From the NCBI GenBank assembly GCA_043228905.1, contig JBHGNT010000014.1, forward strand, positions 19,654,001 through 19,718,000: DNA of 64,000 nucleotides, read 5' to 3'. The stretch's first letter is position 1. Every line of letters starts with the position of its first letter. Position numbers and translations under genes: made by a program. The notes beneath the pieces are model-generated. The model ran no database searches, was not told the DNA's origin, and saw only the letters and a list, made by a program, of their open reading frames with translations. This document shows positions 9,246 to 19,952 of the stretch, piece after piece. The DNA is from Azolla caroliniana. Its lineage: Eukaryota > Plantae > Polypodiophyta.

Positions 9246-12200
9246 CCGTACTAGACACAAGTCGTGTCCTATTGTTCGTTAAATCGGTGGACGTAAGGGA
9301 CCGGGAGCAAGTGGGCTTCCTGCTGGAGACCGATGACGGCCTAACAACCGACTAGGCCGTGGTAAAGAGAGTCTGGGGCCGTCTTGACAAACAACGTGAC
9401 TGGGTCGATAAAGGCTTGGTGGGGGCGGCTTCTGTTGCAACAAGGAAGGTCGAGGTTCCCCCACCGGCCTGAAGGGAAGAGACCCGAGACTAACTCGAGA
9501 CCGGCTCGACTTTGACCAACATGGTCAAAGGCTCATTCGGAGGAGCGGCTCTAGAGGAGCAAACCTCCAGATTGCACAAGTCCGTGACCAAAGGCCTTCG
9601 GCTGGCAACCGGTGCTTGTGGTACGACGCGGTGGCCCACACCTGAAAGGACTACGGGAACTTCACCGAAGCGATAAGAGCTAACGTGGTGTACCTATGGA
9701 ACGATCGTGTGCACGCTAGCGAGACCCGAAGGGCCCTGGATCTGAATGTCGAACGAGGGGGTATGAAACGGCTGATGGAAGAAGCGGCGGCTCGCCACGC
9801 GGAGACCGTCCACTACTCGGCATTGGCTGGAATCCGAGTCGAAAGTGATGAAGTCCGGAAGACGAAGGAAGCCGGTAGGCATACAGCTGAGGAAAGAGGA
9901 AGCAGACCGCGGAGAAAGACGGGTCCGGGTGGAATGACCCGATCGAAGAGAAGACGGGCTTCCTAGAAGCCACGTGCCAGAACTACGACTACGAGGTTCT
10001 GGTGGAAGACAAGCGCATGGGAAAGACCGGGGGGGTTGTACCCTCACAACGGTATGAGACCCAGTTCGGGCCGAAGCAGAATGATGTCAGTGCATCCGGC
10101 GCACCGGACAAGGCCAAGAAGGCCGATTATCGGTTGAGCACAAAGATCGAAAGAACCACGGACCTACGAAAGGTCCTAGAGGAACGGATCCTCGATAGCA
10201 AAGTGGAGTTGTCGGTGAGGGAAGTGCTCGGTATCTCCAAGAAGGAGTTCCACGACTCCATCGTAGACTTGGTGAAGTGGAAAAGGCTTTCGACGGAGCC
10301 AGAACCGGAGAAGCCGGTGGAGGTGCGAACGACGCACCTAGAAGACATGGCTCTAGAAGACGAGTTGGCGGATATCCACTATTCAAGGCCACATTGGGCC
10401 AAAGCAACCACGGAGACCCCCGTTAAGATTAGAGATGTTTAGGAGCTGGTGGTGGCGTTGGTGGACCACAGTCCAGAAATCAACTTGATGTCCATGGACT
10501 TCTACAAGAAGGGGAAGTGGCTGATCAACACCAAGCACGGGTGGAAAATACGGGCAACAACGCACGCCACGGAAGAGCTACATGGGGTCTGCCCGAATGT
10601 ACGAGTGAAAATCGGCGATGTCGAGATCTATCAGCACTTCTTCGTGCAGTAGACGTCCTCGCATCCGGTTATACTCGGGGAACCGTACATCACGGCGGCA
10701 CGGATGGAGACAAAGGTGTTGGACAACGGTTCGGCATATGCACGAGTCCAGAGCCAAGATGGGCATCACTCGGTCCAGTTCCTAATGGTGCGACCGAACC
10801 ATGAGCGTAACCGCGAGACCCTCAGTGGCGAAAACCGAGGGGATTTTTAGAGAGGGCTATCAAGGCGTGGGGCCACGATAGTCCGGACACCCAAGGAAAA
10901 CCCCAAAGATGTACTATAGGCAAAGGGACCTGTACCATAGGTAGGAAATTTTGGTTCTCCGATAATGGAGGTTGTATGATAGTTGCTCAGTTGGCCAGGA
11001 AAAGAAGCGGGCGGAGGAGCGACTTCAGGCATGCGGATTCCTCGGCCCTGAATAGGAAATCAACGAAGCTGTGGAGGCGGTCTCTTTCAATGACACCTTA
11101 GGGAAGTTACGGAAGGTGTTCGGAGAAGGCCTTAATGAGGACCGGACGATTCCAGTATGTCATCGCCAACTTCGGTAATGGACTCAAGTCGGATCGGATG
11201 GCCCGAGTGGATACAAAGTACAAGACTATGGACCAGAAGGTGAGGCCAGTCACGGCAACGAGTTATGGATTAAGGGGGTCACGTCAGACCCAAGTTTACG
11301 AGATTCGGCCAACATAGGACACACGTTCACCGACATAACGCTACGGGAGCTCAAGATCGGTGGGGGTGGCTTTCTACTGCCGGTGGAAGAGGACCGGTTT
11401 CGGAGAATGCTCGGGAGGCACGGGGAGGCTTTCGCATTCTCACCGGAGGAGATCGGGTGCGTAGACCCGACGATTGTTGAACCAATGGTGATCTTCACGG
11501 TATCGCATGTGCCGTGGAATCTCAAACCGATTCCGATACCCAGAGCTCACATCCTGAAGCTGATGGAGTTGTTGAAACAGAAGGTGGAAATGGGCATCCT
11601 CGAACCATCGAATGCACCATATTCCAATCGGTGGTTTACAGTGCCAAAGAAGAACGGCACACTGCGCTTCATACAGGACCTGCAGCCGGTCAACAAGATG
11701 ACCATTCGAAACGCAGGTATCGGACCGACCATTGATGAGTTCGCGGAGGCCCTTGCAGGGAGGTCGATCTACTCAGTCGGGGATCTGTACTCAGGGTACG
11801 ATCAGTTCCAACTAGCCGTAGAGATCATAGATGTCATGATAATGCGGACTCCTCTTGGCCTAGTTCGGATGTGTACCCTACCGCAAGGGGGAACTAACTC
11901 GGTGGCGCACATGGTGAATGCGATGAACAAGGTGTTGAGGAACTGCATCTCAGACATCACGATGTCGTTTCTGGACGACATCCCGATCAAAGGATGTCCG
12001 GTGGAGGCCAAGGACGAGTCAATCGGACCCCACGGTTGCCGGAGGTTCATGGCGGATCACATCCGCGACTGTGAGAAGGTGTTGCAAAGACTCGGGAGAG
12101 CGCGGCTCACCTTCTCTGGAGAGAAATCAGCCTTCGGACAACCGGAGATCCTGGTAGTCAGACACCTGTGCGGGCCTTACGGCTGGAAGCCGTCCCCGGC

Positions 12201-14226
12201 GAAGGTAGAAGCCATCTCCGCGATGAAGGATGATTGTGGGTCGGTCACAGAGGTATGAAGGATCCTACGCGCATGTCGTGGAACCGCTTTACGGGTTATT
12301 AAAGAAAGGGGGCCGGTTCGAATGGAGGACGGAGCACACGGAGTCGGTTCAGAGACTGAAGGAGGCACTCGCCGCGGCACCGGCTCTTCGGAAATCGGTT
12401 TACAGCAAGGAAGTCCCCATTTACGTGACGGTGGACACGAGCCCGACTGGGATCGGGTGGGTGATCAATCCGGTTCGGGGCAAAGGTATTGAGCGAGTGG
12501 CAGCGAGGATACGCCCAAATCAAGCGCGAGCTATGGGGTATCGTTTCGGCAGTCAAGGCCGACAAGGACTATCTGATCGGGACGGAAGTGATCATCGAGA
12601 CGAACTGCCTACCGATTCTGGGTATGGTTTCTAGATGCGAGACTCCGGACCTAGCGATGCTCAGGTGGATCGCGTACATCAAGTCCCTGAACCCATAGAT
12701 ACGACACATCTCTGGAAAGGATAATGCAATGGCCGATATGCTTTCAAGGGTGCGGTTCAGCGACGAGGACGGCATGGTTTCGGACAACGAAGAAGTCGGC
12801 GAGGACTTCTTCGGGTCAGCTAACGTAACAACAAGAAAGGGGATCACTCCAGTGCTTAACAAATTCGACGAGAGCAAGTACGATGGGGAATGGCTCCAGA
12901 TCAGCGGGTTCCTAAAGACAATGACACCAGACAAGGCGTGGACGAAGGAAGAGACCAACCGGATTCGGAAGAAAGCGTACCGATTCTTCCTACAGGACGA
13001 GAGCATATGGAAGCACCCGAAGAAGAGAAACAACATCCTGCTCCGAGTGGTGGCGAAGAAAGAGGAACAGGAAGAATTGTTGACGGCATACCACAAGAGT
13101 CCCTGGGCCGGACACCGCGGGACGTGGGCCACATTCGAGAAGCTAATGGGGAAGTACTGGTGGCCGGGACTATACCGGGACGTGCATCAGTTCATGACGA
13201 CTTGCGAAAACTATCAGGTGCACTCCATAGTCCAACATCGGGACGAGCTTCCCCCGACCTACCCTCCGACTGTCTACTTCAAGTGGATGGTGGATCTGGT
13301 GACGATGTCGATGGGGGTAGGGCAGATGCGGTATCTGGTGTTGGCTTCAGAGGACCTGACGAACCAAGTGGAAGGCCGAGCATTGCATAACAAAACGACT
13401 GCGGCCGTGTGCCGATTTTTGATCGAAGAAGTGGTATGCCGGTATAGGTGCATAGGTAAGATCGTGGCCGACTGCAGAATTGGACGCGCAAGAGGTGGAA
13501 GATTTGTTTGACCGGCTAGGGATTAAACTCTCGCTCATCACAGCGTACAATCCGGAGGCTAATGGGAAGGTGGAACGCGGACACGGGCCGATCGTCAAAG
13601 CGTTAGTAGGAGCGTGTGGAGATCAAGTCGGGAATTGGCCACGGCTCTTACCCTATGCGTTGTGGGCAGACCAAACTACACACAGTTCGGTAATCGGGTT
13701 CATGCTAGCAGAGCTAATGTACGGGCAAAAGCCGATCATGCCAACGGAGCAGACAATCTCCTCATGGGCTACGGTGGACTGGAAAGACGAGATGAGCCGG
13801 GAGGAGCTGTTAGCCGCACGGATTCGGCAGCTGGAACGAAGACCGGAGGACGTGGACCGAGCCGCGGAGAAGCTACGGGTGGCGAGGGTAAAGAACAAAG
13901 GACGGTTCGACCGGACTCACCGACTGAGACCGAAGAAGATCGAGGAAGGCGACTGGGTTCTAGTGTATGACAGCAGCCTCGACAACTAGCACAGGGCAAT
14001 GCGGAAGTATGCAAGAAGGTGGTTCAGACCTCATGTGGTGACAAGCGCCAACGACAATGGGACCTACCATCTCGCGGAGCTCGACGGGACAAGGATGGCG
14101 GTACCGGTGGCGGGGAAAAGGATCAAAGCATTCAAAAAGCGGCACGAGGCTAAACCGAACCCGAATGACCTGGATGGCAACAACGACCAGCTCGAAACAG
14201 ATGTTGATCCAGAAGACGAAGGATAA
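9246..14226 (+). pseudogene. Decayed gag-pol of non-chromoviral Gypsy element C (gag, PR, RT, RNaseH, IN)
   Basis: PR ALVDHSPEINLM (10449+); RT DLYSGYDQF, LPQGGTNS, FLDD (11383-12258); RH VTVDTSPTG, ADMLSR; IN GHRG..C, YNPEANGKVER and a GPY/F-like tail. Many stops and frameshifts. Confidence 0.92.
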
Positions 14227-14300
14227 GCGCTGGCCGGTCTTCTCCGGCAAGAGTCTAATTTTGGCGCATACCAGTGGATGCGCAGTTAGGTGGGGGCGGA

Positions 14301-14844
14301 TGTCGTGGAGAAAACCGTCCCTAAGCAGAAACCGGGTATACCGTCCGAAAGGACAGGGAATAAACATGATGTAACGGGCAGTAACGGCCTCCGTCCTGGG
14401 GGCTATAAAAGACAGGGAGAGGTATTGTAAGGGGGGGTTGCGTTTTGTGGAGGACGAAGTGCTACCGGACTGGAACCGAGCTCTTCTCCTCTGTCTTCTC
14501 CATAGTCGTTCTGTGCAGGTTTTCGGGAGGCTGACTCTACTCCACGGAACGCCCGAGTGCTCCTAGTAGAGTCTCTATCTCGTGTTTTGTGTGTGTGTGT
14601 GTGTGCAGGCGTCAGAGCCTTTCACTTGCCGGCTTGCCGGTTGTAACTCCTTGATTTATATATACATATACATTCGTTCTATCTCCATTGTTCGGAGTTA
14701 GTTGCAACTCTTGTGAATCTGTGTGTTTGTGTGCGTGTGAAGTACATCGGTAGTTTCCTTCCCCTCTTCTCATTCGGTTATTTCTCGGTCCAAGGCCCCC
14801 GTGGTTCTGCTTTGTTCTCCACGCACGCATGTAACAACGCGACA
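14301..14844 (+). repeat. LTR of element C, preceded by a PPT and followed by a PBS
   Basis: TGTCGTGGAG...AACAACGCGACA; PPT at about 14285-14300; TGGTGAACCCGATGTGAA at 14849-14866, then a gag-like start (MQQR..AMASAVDRIV) truncated near 14960. Confidence 0.88.
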
Positions 14845-15089
14845 TATTTGGTGAACCCGATGTGAACATGCAGCAAAGGAATAGAAAGATGAGAGGGTCG
14901 GATCTTGCAGAAGCCATGGCTTCAGCTGTGGATCGGATAGTGAGTGCGTGCGAAGGCACAGGCGTCCTCAATAGGGTTATTGATAGGGCACCCTCGACAA
15001 CGTATTACAATGTATGGTTTAATGGTCAAGATCTTGACCTACGTACCATAAGGTCATGGGTTCGAGTCTTGCTATATATGACACTATCC

Positions 15090-18000
15090 CCGTTTTAAAA
15101 CGACAAGTGTCACAAGTCGTTTTGGATTGAGGACCCAGTTTGTCTGGATATTGACAATGGAAGTCTTCAACAAGAGTAAGAGCATTGGTCACATTCTCTA
15201 TCGGTTCCCAAGTATGCTCGCAGGGACTATATCCTAGCCAATCGACTAGATAGTAGAGCTTGTTGCAAACAATATTGGAATCAAGGATGGCAGCAACCTC
15301 GTACTCAAGTCCATCTTCAAGCTCAATCGGGGGTGGAGGTTGTGTAATAGGTCCTAGGATGGTGCTCTCTTGAAAGAGTTCGAGGAGAGAACTATGAAAC
15401 ACCGGATGTATCCGAAGTTGCGGAGGTAGATCGAGACGAGAAGCGACATCATTAATCTTTCCTATAATACGGAAAGAACCTAATCGCCGATAATCCAACT
15501 TCTCGCATGGGCGAGTAGTCTTGATGTGTCGTCGTAGTAGCCATACCCGATCTCCAATGTTAAAACTGGATGGAAGTCGATGACGATCCGCGTAAACCTT
15601 GTGTGTGTGTTGAGCTTGTTGAGGATGAGTAGATAAATTGGCTTGTATCTTGTGTAACCGCTCTAAATGATCCTTTGCGCAAGGATTTGTGGACAACTCT
15701 GGGGTTTCAAATACACACCACCGGAGGTGACAAAGTTATTATAGGCATAAAATGGCGTAGCTTTAGTCGATGCGTGGACAAAGTTATTATAGGCAAATTC
15801 AGCGAAGTGGAGAATATCTGCCCAGTCATCCTGATGATAGCTTAGAAAGCACCGAAGATACTGCTCCAGCGTTTGATTTGTTCATTCTTCTTGGCCATCG
15901 GTTTGCGGGTGGTAGCCGGAGGAGAGGTTACAAGTGAGCTTGAGCATTTTAAAAAGGTGCTTCCAGAATGTCGAGACAAATTGGGGTCCATAGTCGCTAA
16001 TGATATTATCAGGAAGGCCATGATGTCGACATACTTCACGCATGACAATTTCAACGGTTTCTTCACTTCAGATTTCCTTAGTACATGGCAAGAAATGAGC
16101 CATCTTCGTATATCGATCTACTATTGTTAAAATCGCATTGAATCCCTTAGAGACTGGAAGATCCATGATGAAGTCTAGAGCAATGGATTGCCACGGCTTG
16201 CTTGGAATTGGTAATGGTTCTAATAAACCATATGGATGATGCCTTGGCATTTTCGCTCTGCCATGATAATGCATCTGCCTTCCCTTGGTGCTTCCCCGGA
16301 CGATATGTAATTTTGAAGTCAAAATGCGTGAGGAAGTGGGCCCACCGAGCTTGACGTCGATTTAACACACGATCGTCCTGAAAGTAGGCAAGGTTTCTGT
16401 GGTCACTAAATACGGTGACTTGATGAGAGGATCCCTCTAGAAAATGCCTCCATTACGTAAAAGAGTCCACTATTGCCAATAGCTCCTTATCATGAATTTC
16501 TTAGTTGATTTCGGCGGCGTCAAACTTGCGTGAGTGAAAAGCCACAGGATGTAGCTTCTCATCATTACCGTGTTGTGATAGAATGCTCCCCAATGCAAAA
16601 TCCGATGCGTCTACTTCGATAATGAATGGTTTTTCCAAATCGACTTGAGCTAGAATTGGAGCCGATGTAAATGCCTTTTTAAGACTCTCGAAAGCCATGT
16701 CCGTTTCTTTAGACCAAACGAACGATTGTCCCTTCTTGGTAAGTTGTGTGAGGGGCAGAACGAGCTTTGAGTAATCCTGTATGAACTTCGGGTAAAAATT
16801 GGCAAAGCCTAAAAAGCAATGCACATCTCGCACCGAACGCGAAGTCTGCCACTCTACCACAGTTTTGACCTTAGCTGGGTCCATGGAGATGCCTTCCGAG
16901 GAAATGACATAGCCCAGAAATTCCACCTAGTTGCACCCAAAACTACATTTTTCCAGTTTTGCATAAAGACCATGTTCTCGAAGTCATTTTAGTACTAACA
17001 GTACATGAGAATCATGCTCTTCTTGGGTCTTCGAATAAACCAGTAGATCATCCAAATAGATGATCAAACAAACATCCAAGAGATCTCGGAATATATCATT
17101 TGCCATGTGTTGGAAGACTGTTGGCGCATTAGTGAGGCCGAACGGCATGACCGTATACTCGAAGTACCCATATCTGGTGCGAAACGCGGTCTTCCATTCA
17201 TCTCCTGGTCGGATCCGTATGAGGTTATAGGCTCCCGATAAGTCGATCTTCGTGAAGAACCTTGCACCATTGATCCGTTCTAAAAGACTTGAGATAAGGG
17301 GAAGTGCATACCTATTTCTGATTGTAACCTTATTCAAGCCACGATAATCTACAACGAGACGAAGTGATCCATCCTTTTTCTTGACGAAGAAAATGGGTGC
17401 GTCGGCTGGAGATTTCGAATGCCGAATGAAACCATTTTCCAAATTCTCCTCTATATAGGCTCGCAGGACTTCTAGCTCGGTTAGTGACAAATTGTAGATC
17501 GGTCCCCATGGTGGCTCTTTCCCCGGTTGTAAATCGATGGGGCAATCATACAGTCAATGGTGAGGATGCGTATTGGCTTGTATTTTATCGAACACATCGG
17601 CATAATGATGATACTTGTTTGGAAGTTGAACAGTGGACTCCTCTTTAATGGTGTCTGAGGGCTTTACTAATATTGCGAAGAGAAACATTTCTTCCTTGCG
17701 CCCTTCTTCCCGCAACTGATGTAGCGAAATGGTTGCAATTTCATGAGTAGACCCTCGGGTTTTTCGATACCGGATTTCTCTTGTTCTCCAATTTATGTCT
17801 AGGCTATGTAATTCAAACCATGGTAATCCTAAAACAATGGGGTGTTCTAGGATGCTAATTATATTAAATGATACTACACATGCTAGATTATCTAGGACAA
17901 TATTGACGGGCTCTAACTCTTCTATGATATATCCAGAAGCAATGGGACGACCATCAATGACTACTACAGAGGCTGGACACCGGAGTTTTTTGAGAGATAT

Positions 18001-18183
18001 CTAATGAGCTTGGACAAAATTCCTATCCATGAAGCAAGAATTAGCTCCGGAATCTAGAAGTGTTAAGACATGTACTGGAGGGGTACTTTTAGTACTAACT
18101 GTTACTTGGGCTACGAACACATTGCTAACTTGCTTAGAGGGAATGGAACCACTAATGGGTTGCATAGATCTAGGGCTGTCCAA
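15090..18183 (-). pseudogene. Chromovirus pol (PR, RT, RNaseH, IN, chromodomain), disrupted
   Basis: LLDSGANSCF; [13 protein letters not shown]; DASDFALG; [11 protein letters not shown]; IHPVFHSSLL; chromodomain EYEVAAILD..YLVDWLGY...TWEP. The IN zinc-finger region appears deleted. Confidence 0.92.
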
Positions 18184-18209
18184 CCAAACAGCTCCTATTT
18201 TGGCTGGAC

Positions 18210-19358
18210 TTAGTCGTTTAACTCTTCTTCTAACTGACTAAGGACATCAAATTTGTTCGCTAGATTTGGGCTATTAGTACTATTAGGACTATCAGATATC
18301 CCTACTGAAATAGACTTGGGTTTAGTACAATCAGAACTAGCAACTATTTGGTTTACCTGCCTTCTTGGCCTATGGGGATAGTTTACCGCGATATGCCATG
18401 GTCCACCGCAATAAAGACATAGTTGATTTGCCCGACGTCGTTGCTTTTCTTCTTTCGATAGCAGTCCACGACGACGTGTACTATCAATTTCCATCGGAGT
18501 TGGAGTACTTACTGGAGGCACATTATATGACTCCCTCGAAAAAGGTTTCGCTACCACTGAGTCGTAGGTAGGCTCAGATCTTGCCCTTGGCATCTGGAAC
18601 TGAAGTTCCGAACGTCGTTCGAAGAGGCGATTGTCGCATCTCACTGCGCAACTAATTGCTTCTATTAATGACTTTGGTTCTTTGGGAAAGGTCAAGAGTA
18701 AATCTTTGACATCGTTACGTAGACCATAACGAAATTGCTCCATTAACGCTTGATCATCTAAGGGGATATCGGAGGCGAGTAGACGAAAATCTGCAACGTA
18801 CGCGGAGGCTGGATGATCGCCTTGACGTAGTCGTCGGATTTTGTTGATTGTTGTCCTTATGCTATCAGTATCTCCAAAACAGGCTTTAAACTCACTTATA
18901 AACTCTTCAAAATTGTTTAGTAATGGAGATTCTTTTTCTAACAACGGAGAGAACCTTGCCAACGCTGAGCCACTTAACAACGTGCCTACTAAACCCACTC
19001 GTGATGCATCGGTGGGATATCGGGAATGATGCATTTGAATAACTAGTTGTACCTGATTAAGGAACCCTCTAAACTGCGATCGCGTTCCATCGAATTTCAT
19101 GGGAAGGCCGATCTTGGGTTCTTTATGAATCCCTTGTGTTTCGGGTCCTTGTTGTATCGCTACAATGGTTGCTTCGAGTTGTTGCACGCGTAATGCAAGT
19201 TCCCCATGTTGTTGTTGCGTTTGTTGCTTTTCTAAGGAGATTTGTTGAAGATCCCCTAACAACCGTTGATTTTCTTGTTCCAAAGCAAGGAACTTCTCTT
19301 TCAAGCATTGCAACTCCAAGAAAATAGATTGATATTCTTGAGCGCTAACAGTGGCCAT
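18210..19358 (-). CDS. Chromovirus Gag with zinc knuckle
   Basis: KFDGTRSQFRGF, FRYGLRNDVKD, PTPMEID, CLYCGGPWHIAVNYP. Confidence 0.9.
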   Translation of the reverse strand: MATVSAQEYQSIFLELQCLKEKFLALEQENQRLLGDLQQISLEKQQTQQQHGELALRVQQLEATIVAIQQGPETQGIHKEPKIGLPMKFDGTRSQFRGFLNQVQLVIQMHHSRYPTDASRVGLVGTLLSGSALARFSPLLEKESPLLNNFEEFISEFKACFGDTDSIRTTINKIRRLRQGDHPASAYVADFRLLASDIPLDDQALMEQFRYGLRNDVKDLLLTFPKEPKSLIEAISCAVRCDNRLFERRSELQFQMPRARSEPTYDSVVAKPFSRESYNVPPVSTPTPMEIDSTRRRGLLSKEEKQRRRANQLCLYCGGPWHIAVNYPHRPRRQVNQIVASSDCTKPKSISVGISDSPNSTNSPNLANKFDVLSQLEEELND

Positions 19359-19952
19359 GGGATGAGAGGAAAGAGGAATAAGAGATTAGTATGAAGGGAG
19401 GGAGACAGAGGGGGGAAAATCGGTTCAAACTATCAGGATCAATACTAAGACAGAGAAGGAATTAGTACTAAAAGATGAGGATTAGTCCTAAGAGAGATGT
19501 AGAACTCTCGAGAGAAGGAAAGAGTGAGCGAGATAGAGAGAGGGAAAGGGTGAGAGAGAATGATGATAAATGATTTATATTATGTGAACAGAGTATACAA
19601 TAGTAGCTAGGAGGCTTAAGACTGGCGTTGAACCGATTTGGTTCGAAATAATGCCTTGTACCTCCTTTTATAGTGTTCTCAGGAGTACTCCTGAAGTTTC
19701 TAGAATGTTCCAGAGAAATCTAGAATATACATCAATTTTCTATAATAAAACATAAATGAAAATAATATTCTACGTATTACAATGTATGGTATAATGGTCA
19801 AGAGCTCGACCTATGTAGCATAAGGTCATGGGTTCGAGTCTTCCTATATCATGACAGAAATATTTCGACAGTTCTTCCCTTATGGTGACGATGCTTTTTT
19901 CATCCATCTTGTAGAATTTGTCACCGGCCTTCCTCTAGTTCTTAGCATCAGC

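Larger units (their letters stand above)
15000..19856 (-). mobile_element. Tcn1-like chromoviral Gypsy element, decayed
   Basis: 5' LTR about 19431-19856; only 15000-15083 of the 3' LTR remains; PPT AAAACGGGGATAG; domain order gag, PR, RT, RH, IN, chromodomain. Confidence 0.9.

Noticed and set aside
19782-19850. Functional tRNA gene
   Set aside because: The T-stem and anticodon arm are not canonical and the sequence lies within an LTR; kept only as a tRNA-like finding.
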